Shown here: one piece after another, positions 46,841-56,435 of the stretch
Position numbering within the stretch: the first letter of the stretch is position 1
How the letters are laid out: each line of letters opens with the position of its first letter
NCBI GenBank assembly: GCA_002011035.2
Contig: MTLY02000003.1
Coordinates: 384,001 to 448,000, forward strand
DNA length: 64,000 nt
Direction: 5' to 3'
From: Candidatus Hecatella orcuttiae
GTDB lineage: Archaea; Thermoproteota; Bathyarchaeia; Hecatellales; Hecatellaceae
Program-made: the position numbers and the translations under genes
Notes under the pieces: model-generated
What the model saw: only the letters and a program-made list of their open reading frames with translations
Database searches by the model: none
What the model was told of the DNA's origin: nothing

Positions 46841-48019
46841 TTGAAAAGAGTGTATCTGGACTACGCTGCATCCTCACCGGTAGATCCTCGAGTTGTTGAG
46901 GAAATGCAACCCTACTTCGGTAAAACCTTCGGCAACCCCTCCTCAGTTCACAGTTTCGGCTTAGAATCCAAGGAAGCCTTAGAACAAGCTAGGTCTAGGG
47001 TTGCCCAGTTGATAAGAGCGGAAAGCGCTGAGGAAATCATCTTTACCTCCGGGGGGACAGAGTCGAACAACCTAGCTGTACTGGGAGTGGCCTATCGAAA
47101 CAGAAACCGGGGAAACCATATCATCACCTCTACCGCCGAGCATATTTCCATCATGAACTTGGCTAAGCATCTTCAAAAGCTGGGTTTCCAGGTTACCTAC
47201 GTCCCCGTGGACAGGTATGGGGTGGTGGACGTGGGGAAGCTGGGAGAAGCGATCACCGACAAGACCATTCTCATTTCTCTGGCCTACGCCAACGGGGAGA
47301 TAGGCACTATTCAGCCTGTCAGGGAGATAGGGAAAATCGCCAGAGACCGCGGAGTATACTTTCACGCGGACGCCGTGGCAGCCAACGGGAAAATACCCAT
47401 CGACGTAGTCGAAGACCAAGTTGACCTTCTATCCCTTTCTTCCAACGACCTTTACGGCCCTAAAGGAGTGGGAGCGCTGTATGTGCGCAAAGGGGTGAGA
47501 ATCGAACCTATCATCTTCGGAGGAGGCCAAGAGAGAGGGTTAAGGTCCGGAACGGAGAACATTCCCAACATCGTGGGAATGGGTAAGGCTGCGGAAATCG
47601 CCGGGCAGGAGATGGGGTCTGAAGGAAAACGGCTCAGCGGGCTTCGAGACAGGCTTATCAAAAGCATCCTTGAGCAGGTAAAGGAGTCCTATCTGAACGG
47701 TCACCCTACTCGGAGGCTGCCTAACAATGTCCACCTCAGATTCAGCTACATTGAGGGAGAAGCCATGCTTCTAAGCTTGGACATGGAAGGCATAGCGGCC
47801 TCCACAGGCTCCGCCTGCACCTCCAAAACCCTTGAACCCTCCCATGTCCTGAAGGCCATAGGTCTGGCTCACGAGGAAGCCCACGGCTCTTTGCTGCTTA
47901 CCTTGGGGAGGTGGACGGTGGAGGAGGATGTGGACTACGCCGTCCAAGTCATACCCGGCGTGGTGGAGAGACTGAGGCGGATGTCCCCTCTGACCCCGAA
48001 GGACTTTTGGTCCGATTAG
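46841..48019 (+). CDS. iscS: Cysteine desulfurase IscS/NifS
   Basis: VYLDYAAS, GNPSS.H, FTSGGTESNN, RSGTEN, STGSAC; start taken at TTG 46841. Confidence 0.9.
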   Translation: MKRVYLDYAASSPVDPRVVEEMQPYFGKTFGNPSSVHSFGLESKEALEQARSRVAQLIRAESAEEIIFTSGGTESNNLAVLGVAYRNRNRGNHIITSTAEHISIMNLAKHLQKLGFQVTYVPVDRYGVVDVGKLGEAITDKTILISLAYANGEIGTIQPVREIGKIARDRGVYFHADAVAANGKIPIDVVEDQVDLLSLSSNDLYGPKGVGALYVRKGVRIEPIIFGGGQERGLRSGTENIPNIVGMGKAAEIAGQEMGSEGKRLSGLRDRLIKSILEQVKESYLNGHPTRRLPNNVHLRFSYIEGEAMLLSLDMEGIAASTGSACTSKTLEPSHVLKAIGLAHEEAHGSLLLTLGRWTVEEDVDYAVQVIPGVVERLRRMSPLTPKDFWSD

Positions 48020-48702
48020 GCTAGAAGATTTTCCAAAGCCTCTTCAGACAGCCTGTTCAGTCGAACTACCTTATCTGGAGCTTTTTTTCTCACGATGAAT
48101 CCAGCTAGGTCCAGCACCTTCCACGCCTTCTGGATGATGACTGAATCGCTGCTAGCCGCCAGTCTAGACCAAGCCAGTACGGAGGTGTCCCCTCTTCTAA
48201 CAGCCGTCGCGTCGCCCTCGAGTCCCCATGCCGCGAGAACCCTCCGGGTGAGGGCGGCTAATTCTCCGCTGCGGCTCAGCTGGGAGTCGTAGAACACTTT
48301 AACCGCTCCGATTCGGAGGCTTTTCAGGGTTTCCGCCATCAGGTTTAAAGCCTTCTCGGTCGCTGGGTTGATCCTGTATCTCCGGTGGACTTCCGAAAGG
48401 TCTCGGATAAACCCGTCATCGCAGTAAACCAGAAGCTTGCCTTGGAGGAAGCTCTCCAAGGTTATCAGGTTGTTGTAGCCGTCCACAGCCAACCTTCGAC
48501 CTTTCACAGCTTTAACGTCGGCCTGTTTTCTCCTCCGCGCAGCCGCTTCCTTTTTTCCGTAAACGCAGCGGTGGAGAAGAAGTCTTTCTTTCCCTGTCAG
48601 CTGATACCTGTCTCCGACGAATCTGAGAATGCTATCCCTCCGGTAGCCTCGGTCTGAGAACAGCCTAAAATCTTCGATGGCGCTTTTGATCCTTTTCTCC
48701 AA
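48016..48702 (-). CDS. DUF434 family protein
   Basis: RGY......FVGDRYQL, VDGYN.LIT.E, DGFIRDL, SSDSVII. Confidence 0.8.
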   Translation of the reverse strand: MEKRIKSAIEDFRLFSDRGYRRDSILRFVGDRYQLTGKERLLLHRCVYGKKEAAARRRKQADVKAVKGRRLAVDGYNNLITLESFLQGKLLVYCDDGFIRDLSEVHRRYRINPATEKALNLMAETLKSLRIGAVKVFYDSQLSRSGELAALTRRVLAAWGLEGDATAVRRGDTSVLAWSRLAASSDSVIIQKAWKVLDLAGFIVRKKAPDKVVRLNRLSEEALENLLA

Positions 48703-48716
48703 TCTTCAACCACAAA

Positions 48717-51605
48717 CTATTTCACGTAGATTCCCGGCCTGTAGGGCTCTGAAAGCGCGGCTTTCCGCTGGGGGTCGTAGGCTTCGGGGTCATCTGCCCT
48801 GTAAACAGCCACGGGGCAGCGGAACTCCTTTTCCAGAAAGGGCTTAGCCTCCTCCAAGTACGCCTTTTCATCCAGTTTACCGAGGAGAAGCCTCTTCTTC
48901 CGCATCTCCTCCGGCAGCTTAACCACCGCCTCTAAGGTCTTGTTTACAAACTTGGCGGCGGAGGCTCCTTTCTCTCGGAGGCTAGGCCTCGCCATCAACT
49001 CCCTGATTAGTGTTCCTCTTTCTTTCAGGTTTCCCCTCTTCAAGGCTTCTAGGTAGATTTCCCACTTCCACGGCTCCGCGGTGTAGTAGCAGATTTTTTT
49101 AGGTTTGATTTCCGTGACTTTGAGGATGTGCCGCGTGTCCTCCACCATAATCTTGATGGTGTTTTCCACCTCCTCAGCCTCCGCGTCTATCTTCTCCTCC
49201 CTGCAGGTAGGCCAGGGAAGGGTCGCTGCGAAGGGTTTCTTCCCCATGGTTTCCCATACTTCCTCGCAGGTGTGAGGTATAAAAGGCGTCAGCAGCCTAA
49301 TCCAAACTTCCACGGCCTCCCTCAGAGTAGGCTGATGGAAAAGGCTGTTCCTCCTCATGTACCAGCGGAGGTCGTTCCACACCTCGTAAAAGGCTGTTTC
49401 CAAGGCAGTTCTGGTCTTCAGGGCTTCCAAAGCCTTGGTAACCTTTTCCACCCGCCTGTTGAGGGTGCTTATCAGCCACCTCTCAACCCGCCCCGGAGTT
49501 TCTTTCCCCCTCAGCGCTCGGGCGGCGAGGACGAACTTGTGGAAGGCTTGAAGGTGGGCTTTCACTTCCTTGAGGCTGCTGGCCCGCCAGTCCGGGTCGT
49601 CCATGCCTTCAGCGGCCAAAAGCACAGCGCACCGAGTCGCGTCAGCTCCATGCTCCTCCACAGCCTTCCGCAGGGGGATGAAGTTTCCTTTGGACTTGTG
49701 CATCTCCTCCCCCTCTACCCGCATGAACCCGTTGACCCCGATGGCCTTAGGCCAGTGCTCCGGGGGAAACAACGCCGCGTGGTGGAAAATGTAGAAAGTG
49801 AGATGATTGGGAACGAGGTCCTTCCCCGAATTTCTCAGGTCCACAGGATACCAGTAGAGGAATTCCCTTCTCATGGCATCCAGAGTCTCAGGGCGTAGTC
49901 CTACCTTTCCAGCCGTCTCAAGGAGTTTCCCTTTTCCGTAGAAGATGTAGTCGAAAACTTCCTCGGTTAACTGTTCGGGGGCGATGTTCTCCTGTTGGAT
50001 ATACTTGTTCACTGTGTAGAAGGCTGGGTAGACCGTGGAGTCGCTTAGGGTTTCCACAATCCAGTCGGAAGCCCAAGGCAGTGGGGTGCCCAGCCCTGTC
50101 TTCCTGGCGCAAGCCCAGTCGTGAAGCCATTCGATGACAGCTTCAAACCAGCGTCTTGCATCCTCAGGGTAGACTTGCAGCTTGGACAAAAGCTCTCGGG
50201 CTTTTTTCTTCCATTCGGGGTTGGAGTAGTTTAGGAACCATTGGTCACGGAGAATCTTAATGGTGCAGGGAGTGGTGCAGCGGCAGACCACAGGCTGGGG
50301 TAGGTCGTACATGGCGTCGGCTATCTGTTTTTCCTTAAATTCTTGGGTAAGTCTCTCTTTCACCTCCGCGACGCTTCGACCCGCATAGGAGCCGCAGTTT
50401 TCCTTCAAAACTCCCTTGTGAAACTCTCTCTTGTAGACGAGTTGGGTGGCTTCCTCGGCCTTAGGGTCCTTTTGGTCTTTCACCCCCAACCGGTCTACGG
50501 CTTCTAAAGCTGGGTATTCTCCGAAGCCTTCCACCTTTATGATGGAAATGGGTTTAATCCTCTTCACATTTTCAGCCTTCATTCCAAACCTTTCCAGCAT
50601 GGCTGGGTTTTCTTGCAGGTCTTTCAAAGCCAGCCAGTCGTAGGGGGCGTGGGCTGGAACGCTGTAAACAACTCCGGAAGCGTCCTCCGGGTTTACAAAC
50701 CAGCCGGGAAGGAGGGGAAGCTCTCTCCCCATCAGAGGGTCGAGGCATTTTTTGCCGAGAAGCTGGGCGCCCTTAAACTCTTTCAGGATTTCAACTTCTC
50801 TCAACTGTTCCCGCAGTTTTTCCGCTGCTCTTTTGCTGATGATCCAGTGTTCCCCGTTTACAGAGGCTTCCACGTAGTCGGCTTCCGGGTTCAGCCAGAG
50901 GTTCGTCGCCCCGAAGATGGTCTCAGGCCTAAAGGTAGCAGCGGGAAGGTAGGCTCCGTTCATCTTGAATTTTATCAGCACGTATTCTTCGGGGGTTACA
51001 CCGCTTCCCTCCAGCCTGTCTGCTTCCCCGGTAGGGCTTTGACATTTGGGACACCAAACAACCGGATGGGTGCCTTTGACCACGTAGTTGCCTTCTTTCA
51101 ACTTCCTGTACTGCCAGTCCACGAAGCGGCTGAAGAAAGGGTGGAAGGAGGTGGTGTGAAACTCCCTCCTCCAGTCGATGGACAAGCCCAGTTTCTTCAC
51201 CGCTTCCCTGTTGTATTCGGTATAATACTTGGCCATGTAAACCGGGTCGGCGAACTTTTTCAGCTCCTCCTCAGGAACCCGGTCTACAACCTTCAAGGCT
51301 TGGATGAACTTCTCATCTCCAAGTTTGATTCGCTCAGAGGCTCCGGCCACAGTTTCACCAGTCCAGTGCCACGCCCAGGGGAAAAGCACGTTGAAGCCTT
51401 GCATTCGCTTGAAGCGGGCTATCACATCCACCCTGGAGCCGGTGTAGCCGTGACCTACGTGAAGCGGACCGCTCATGTAGGGGTAGGGGAAAGTTATAAA
51501 AAACTTGGGCTTTGAAGGGTCAGGGTCAGCCTCGAAAATCTTAGCTTCCCTCCACCGGCTCTGCCATTTTTCCTCCACAGCCTTCCACACTTTCTCCCAG
51601 CTCAT
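48717..51605 (-). CDS. leuS: Leucine--tRNA ligase (archaeal type)
   Basis: PYPYMSGPLHVGH, SVPAHAPYD, GKDLVPNHL, EMHKSKGN. Confidence 0.95.
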   Translation of the reverse strand: MSWEKVWKAVEEKWQSRWREAKIFEADPDPSKPKFFITFPYPYMSGPLHVGHGYTGSRVDVIARFKRMQGFNVLFPWAWHWTGETVAGASERIKLGDEKFIQALKVVDRVPEEELKKFADPVYMAKYYTEYNREAVKKLGLSIDWRREFHTTSFHPFFSRFVDWQYRKLKEGNYVVKGTHPVVWCPKCQSPTGEADRLEGSGVTPEEYVLIKFKMNGAYLPAATFRPETIFGATNLWLNPEADYVEASVNGEHWIISKRAAEKLREQLREVEILKEFKGAQLLGKKCLDPLMGRELPLLPGWFVNPEDASGVVYSVPAHAPYDWLALKDLQENPAMLERFGMKAENVKRIKPISIIKVEGFGEYPALEAVDRLGVKDQKDPKAEEATQLVYKREFHKGVLKENCGSYAGRSVAEVKERLTQEFKEKQIADAMYDLPQPVVCRCTTPCTIKILRDQWFLNYSNPEWKKKARELLSKLQVYPEDARRWFEAVIEWLHDWACARKTGLGTPLPWASDWIVETLSDSTVYPAFYTVNKYIQQENIAPEQLTEEVFDYIFYGKGKLLETAGKVGLRPETLDAMRREFLYWYPVDLRNSGKDLVPNHLTFYIFHHAALFPPEHWPKAIGVNGFMRVEGEEMHKSKGNFIPLRKAVEEHGADATRCAVLLAAEGMDDPDWRASSLKEVKAHLQAFHKFVLAARALRGKETPGRVERWLISTLNRRVEKVTKALEALKTRTALETAFYEVWNDLRWYMRRNSLFHQPTLREAVEVWIRLLTPFIPHTCEEVWETMGKKPFAATLPWPTCREEKIDAEAEEVENTIKIMVEDTRHILKVTEIKPKKICYYTAEPWKWEIYLEALKRGNLKERGTLIRELMARPSLREKGASAAKFVNKTLEAVVKLPEEMRKKRLLLGKLDEKAYLEEAKPFLEKEFRCPVAVYRADDPEAYDPQRKAALSEPYRPGIYVK

Positions 51606-54367
51606 CCGTGTCTGACCTCCAGTTGCTTGCGGATGATGCTCTCCAACTTCTCCAAAACATGGGGGATGAGCTCAGGCTTCGAGCTTCCTCCCTGTCCGAG
51701 GTAGGGTTTTCCCCCACCGCTTCCCTCAGCCTCCAAACCTAAGGCTGCTGCTGTTTTACCTGCATCAACTCCAGCTTCGACGGCTTTACTTCCGGCCATG
51801 ACCACGAACCGCGCCGCTTTGTTCTGAACCGAGGCAAGAGCTGCCACCAGTGTGGGTTCGGTTTTAACCAATTCTGAGCTTGTTTTAATCATCTCTTCTA
51901 CGGTCATTTCCGGGGCGAAAAAGTGAACAGCCTTGATTTTTCCAACATCTACAGCTTTGGGGAGAAGCAGAGAAGCCGTCAGTTTCGCCAGCCGCCCTTG
52001 GAGCTTTTCTATCTCCTTTCGGCTTTCTTTTCCCGCAGTCAGGAGGTTTCCCACGGCTTTTTCTAAACCCTCCACAGGGCTCTCTGTCAGTTCGGCTATT
52101 CTTCTCACCATGGAGGCTTCTCTTTGAACCTGTTGAAGGGCTGGGATTCCGGCTGCGAAGATGATTCTCTCCACCCCGTCTTGGATTCTCTCGGTTTTAA
52201 GTATCTTTATGAGGCCGATTTCCCCTGTGGTTTTACAGTGGGTCCCCGCGCAGGCCTCAGCGTCCAAGTTACCCACTTTCAGTATTCTTATTTCCTTCCC
52301 AGGGACGACTCCTCCTTGGTAGATTTTGAACCCGTATCGGGCTTCAGCTTTCTCCCTCGGAAGCCAAGCTGTTTCAACCTTCAGGTTATCCATAACCGCC
52401 CGGTTAGCCAGCTTCTCCAAGCAGTCCACCTGCTGGGCGGTGAGCCCTGCGTAGTGGGATATGTCCAGCCTAGCTTTGTCCACGTCCTTCATAGCCCCAG
52501 ACTGCCAGATATGCTCCCCCAAGATTTTTCGGGCTGTGCCCAAGATGATATGGGTGGCGGTGTGATGCCTCATCAAGTTAACCCGTCTATCCCAGTCTAT
52601 CTCCCCCCGAACCACGGTCTTGGGAGGGGGAGTGTTCCCTTTCACTTGGTGGAGGATCACACCGCCGATTTTCTGAACGTTCACCACCTCCACCTCGCCG
52701 CCTTTCCACCGTAGGTTTCCACGGTCGGCCAGCTGGCCTCCGCCTTCAGGATAAAAGGCTGTCTTATCCAAAATGACGTATTGCCGGTTGAAGACAGCCA
52801 AAACCCGGGCTTCAAACTCTCGAAGATACGAATTCTGGTAGTAGAGGGGAAGGGTTTCCGGAAGAGTTTTAACTTCCTCCTCCATCTTTTCCGGCCACTT
52901 TTTCTCAGCTTGAACCTTAGGAGCGCTCTCGTGGAGGCGGGCTATCTGTCCATAGAAGTCCTTGGGAATGAACACTTGAACACCTGCCTTCTCAGCGATC
53001 TGAGCCACATAATCAGGGGTCAGCCCGTGGGAGTCGTAGAGTTTCAAAAGAGCGTCTCCTGAGAGGCGGGCGGCTTTTTTAGCTTTCTCCTCAGCCACCA
53101 ATCTTCTAACCAAGACTTCTCCCCGCTTCAAGGTTTCCCTGTACTTGGCTTCTTCAACTCTCGCCATGTCGTAAATTACCTCCGCTCTCTCGCGGTATTC
53201 GCGGTAGTCTTGAGCTATCTCCTCCAGCTGAAGCCTCAGAACCTCCTCTAAGGAAACTGTCATCTCAAGGTTCGCCAAAATCCTCAGGATTTTTCTGATG
53301 AGCAAGCGGGCGAGGTAGCCGGCTTGAACGTTGGAGGGAACGATTCCGTCTCCCAGCATGAAAACTAAAGTTTTGGCGAAATCGGCTATAGCGTAGAAAG
53401 CCCCCGCCAAGTTTAATGTTCTTTCAAACTCCTCCAGCGTTATGCCGAATTTTTCCGCCGTTTGAGCTTTCAGGGAGCTGAGGTTTGTTTCTTCAAAGTT
53501 AAGCGTCCCTCTCAGTTTAAAAAACTCCGCCAAGATGGCTTTTTCAGGCGGCTTCAAGCCTCCCAACGTGTAGAGCTTCTGGATGACGGTGGGGAAGGCG
53601 GCGTCGTACACTGTGGGAGCTCCTAGGCTCAGCCAGACGATTCTCTCCAGCCCGTAGCCTGTGTCCACGGTCTGGTTTGGAGAAGGAATAAGCTGGCTGT
53701 CCGAGGTTTTGTAGTGCATGAAGACGAGGGTAGCCACCTCTATTCCGTCCACGACTACCTCCAAGTCTTCACCTGCATTGCCTCCTCCCGTCCACATGTC
53801 TTCGACAAAGTTGATCTTCTCCGTGTTGATCCCCATCTCCCGGGTGAAGAACTCGTAGCAGTACCGGGCTGTTTCATCATTCCAGTAGATTCGTCTTTCC
53901 GGGGTGTTGAAAGCGTGGTGGGCCATCATCTCGAAGCTGGTCAGATGCCTCCCCGACTTACCCACGAGGTCCATGTCCGTGAACCTCACGCAAGGCTGGG
54001 ATATGACCAAGGGGTTGGCGGGCGGAGGCATCAAACCTTCGGTAACCCAAGGTTGAAAATCGTAGATGGAGGCGCCTACAAAGTAGACATCGTCCCTCCA
54101 CCTAGCCACCACAGGATACTTGGACACCCTCCGGTGGCCGCGGTGTTCGAAGAAGGATAGAAATTTCTCCCTAGCCTCAGTTAGGCTGTAGCTTTTCTTG
54201 GTGGCAGGCCTTCCTATGAAGGCGTAGCTGACGCAAGGTTGGTCTCCGCAGTAGGCTCCTTCAGGGTCTAGGGTCCAAAAATGCCGGCCGCAGGAACGGC
54301 ATTTCCTCCTAACATGACCTTCCTCCCTGAAGAGGTCAACCTCGTAAATGGTGGGAAAGATTTGCAA
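51602..54367 (-). CDS. alaS: Alanine--tRNA ligase
   Basis: FEMMAHHAFN, DTGYGLER, FYPEGGGQ, HHTATH, CAGTH, GSGGG. Confidence 0.95.
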   Translation of the reverse strand: MQIFPTIYEVDLFREEGHVRRKCRSCGRHFWTLDPEGAYCGDQPCVSYAFIGRPATKKSYSLTEAREKFLSFFEHRGHRRVSKYPVVARWRDDVYFVGASIYDFQPWVTEGLMPPPANPLVISQPCVRFTDMDLVGKSGRHLTSFEMMAHHAFNTPERRIYWNDETARYCYEFFTREMGINTEKINFVEDMWTGGGNAGEDLEVVVDGIEVATLVFMHYKTSDSQLIPSPNQTVDTGYGLERIVWLSLGAPTVYDAAFPTVIQKLYTLGGLKPPEKAILAEFFKLRGTLNFEETNLSSLKAQTAEKFGITLEEFERTLNLAGAFYAIADFAKTLVFMLGDGIVPSNVQAGYLARLLIRKILRILANLEMTVSLEEVLRLQLEEIAQDYREYRERAEVIYDMARVEEAKYRETLKRGEVLVRRLVAEEKAKKAARLSGDALLKLYDSHGLTPDYVAQIAEKAGVQVFIPKDFYGQIARLHESAPKVQAEKKWPEKMEEEVKTLPETLPLYYQNSYLREFEARVLAVFNRQYVILDKTAFYPEGGGQLADRGNLRWKGGEVEVVNVQKIGGVILHQVKGNTPPPKTVVRGEIDWDRRVNLMRHHTATHIILGTARKILGEHIWQSGAMKDVDKARLDISHYAGLTAQQVDCLEKLANRAVMDNLKVETAWLPREKAEARYGFKIYQGGVVPGKEIRILKVGNLDAEACAGTHCKTTGEIGLIKILKTERIQDGVERIIFAAGIPALQQVQREASMVRRIAELTESPVEGLEKAVGNLLTAGKESRKEIEKLQGRLAKLTASLLLPKAVDVGKIKAVHFFAPEMTVEEMIKTSSELVKTEPTLVAALASVQNKAARFVVMAGSKAVEAGVDAGKTAAALGLEAEGSGGGKPYLGQGGSSKPELIPHVLEKLESIIRKQLEVRHG

Positions 54368-54411
54368 CCTCCCAGTTGACGGTGTTTTCTCTCGCTTTTA
54401 ATAAACTCCTC

Positions 54412-55533
54412 TCAGGTTTTTAGAAATATGGTGGAAGCCGTTAGATAAATGTTAGCCGCCTCAACTACCGAGGGAAGTTCAACATACTCGTTGGCTCCAT
54501 GTTCGTTTCCCCCTCTTGGTCCTAGGGTCACGGTCGGAATCCCCGCTCTGCCTACTAAGTAGTTTTCGTCGCCAACAGAAAGACCTATTCTCTTCCGGGG
54601 AATCTTGCCTCTGACCCTCAAACAGGCTTGCTCCACAGCTTGAAGGATGGGTTCGTTTTCCCCTATCCTGTAAGGTTTCATGTAGGGAGTCGGCCTCTTG
54701 AACAGTTTAACTTGAAACCTCGCTCGAAGGTGAAGGTTTTCGATGAAGGTTCTCACCTGGCTTAAAGCTTCTTCCACCTTCTCATCCACTCCTAGATGGC
54801 GGTCTAAAACCAACTTGCAAGAGTCAGGAACAGTCAAAAAATCAGTTCCGCCGTTTACGGATAAAACGGAAACCGACCCCCCCGCATCTAAAGGCAGCTT
54901 ATCTAGAGCGAGGATAAGCTTCGCCGCCTCCCTCACAGCGTTAGACGCATGTCTTTTATCCAACAGAGCTGCGTGAGCCGAGGAACCTTGAATTGAAATG
55001 TCGTAAACAACTCGGCCTCTCCGAGCGATGTCCATGAAGTCAAGCCCTGTAGGCTCAGCGGAAACAGCGGCCTGAACGCCTTTAAGTTTTCGAAGGCGAA
55101 TGAGAGTGTCGCATCCTCTGGAGTAAAGCTCCTCATCGCTGACGAGGGCGACGGTTAGGTTTCCCTTGAAATCAGCCTCAGCCAAGCGGCCGGCTGCCAA
55201 AAGGATGGCCGCGACTCCCGCCTTCATGTCGCAGGCTCCCAGCCCATAGACCCGGCTTCCCTCAACCACAGGTTTGAAAGGGGAACACCGCCAACCTTTC
55301 GTAGGCTCCACGGTGTCCAAGTGGCCGTAGAGCAGCAGCCCGCCTTCTCGGAAGCCTCCTCTAAAGGAGGCTAGAATGCTGGGGCCGCAGCCTGGGACCT
55401 CCACGGTTTCTATTTTGAGGCCGTAGTCGGAGAGAAAATCCGAGACATACGCAGCTATCTCATGCTCGTTACCGGTTACACTGGGGATTGAAATGAGTTT
55501 CCCGAGAAGAGGCTTAACTTGGCTTAGTTTCAC
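54412..55533 (-). CDS. M20 family metallopeptidase (ArgE/DapE-like)
   Basis: GHLDTV, GLGACDMKAG, DEE, EPT, HGANE. Confidence 0.85.
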   Translation of the reverse strand: MKLSQVKPLLGKLISIPSVTGNEHEIAAYVSDFLSDYGLKIETVEVPGCGPSILASFRGGFREGGLLLYGHLDTVEPTKGWRCSPFKPVVEGSRVYGLGACDMKAGVAAILLAAGRLAEADFKGNLTVALVSDEELYSRGCDTLIRLRKLKGVQAAVSAEPTGLDFMDIARRGRVVYDISIQGSSAHAALLDKRHASNAVREAAKLILALDKLPLDAGGSVSVLSVNGGTDFLTVPDSCKLVLDRHLGVDEKVEEALSQVRTFIENLHLRARFQVKLFKRPTPYMKPYRIGENEPILQAVEQACLRVRGKIPRKRIGLSVGDENYLVGRAGIPTVTLGPRGGNEHGANEYVELPSVVEAANIYLTASTIFLKT

Positions 55534-55573
55534 AGGGGTAGGAGTCCGCGTAGCTGTAAACCTCGGAAACAGG

Positions 55574-56191
55574 CTACTTTAACTCAACAGCCTCCTCTTT
55601 CATACCCTCGCCGGTGATGATAAGGAAGTCAGCTCCGTCGCCGCTTTGAATATCCCGCGCCGTCGCCACTTTGATGCTTCGGATGACAAGTTCCTTAGCT
55701 TCCTCGAGGGTCATGTCCTCCCGGTAACTGGACTCTAAAACACCTGTGGCGATTTCCGCCCCGGAGCCCACGCAAGCATATTTGTCTGGAATGAGGGAGC
55801 CCAAGGGGTCGAGGACGACGATTCGACGGCCTTCGTCGTCAACACCGCCGATGATAGTCTGGGTCAGCAAGGGGAAAAGCCTCCTTTCAAAAAGAATATT
55901 GGCCATGACTTTAGCCACAGCATTAACTGAGGCCGCCCGCCGGGTTTCCATGGTATGGAGGGACGCGTAGGCGGCGACTTCCTTGGCTAACATCTGCATG
56001 TCAGCCACCATCCCAGCGCAGGCTGCGCCTATCTTGTCGGTTAGCTTGAAGACCTTCTTCCCAGCCTTACTCAGGACTAGGTAGCCGTAGGCAACCCTCT
56101 TCTCCGCCGCGAGGATGACACCTTCCTTACAGACCACTCCCACGGTGGTTGCCCCGGGGATGAAGGGATATTCATGGGCCAAAGAGTACAC
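55574..56191 (-). CDS. psmB: Proteasome subunit beta (Ala at the Thr1 position)
   Basis: PGATTVG, AAEKR, AGMVADMQ, VGSG, RDIQSGDG. Confidence 0.9.
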   Translation of the reverse strand: MYSLAHEYPFIPGATTVGVVCKEGVILAAEKRVAYGYLVLSKAGKKVFKLTDKIGAACAGMVADMQMLAKEVAAYASLHTMETRRAASVNAVAKVMANILFERRLFPLLTQTIIGGVDDEGRRIVVLDPLGSLIPDKYACVGSGAEIATGVLESSYREDMTLEEAKELVIRSIKVATARDIQSGDGADFLIITGEGMKEEAVELK

Positions 56192-56435
56192 CTCAAAACT
56201 GTTTGAGTTATTAACCGCTCTCTTATAAATGTATAACGAAAAATAACCTTCTCCCCTCCTTGAATTCCAACGGTGGGGCAGGAGGATGCAAGCTTCAGGG
56301 CAGTTCCCCTTTTGAAGCGAAAGCTTCCTAGCCGGCCTTCCATGTCCTCGCTCAGGGCGAGAGGCTTTAGGTTTGAGGGAAAGGCATATACGTAGAAAAT
56401 CGGGATAATCCCTTCACACAGCCACGGGAACAGGG

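Noticed and set aside
49128-51515. Long antisense ORFs (256 and 300 aa) opposite leuS, and similar ones opposite acs, mtbC, alaS and mrp
   Set aside because: Shadow frames of well-conserved genes with no recognisable motifs.
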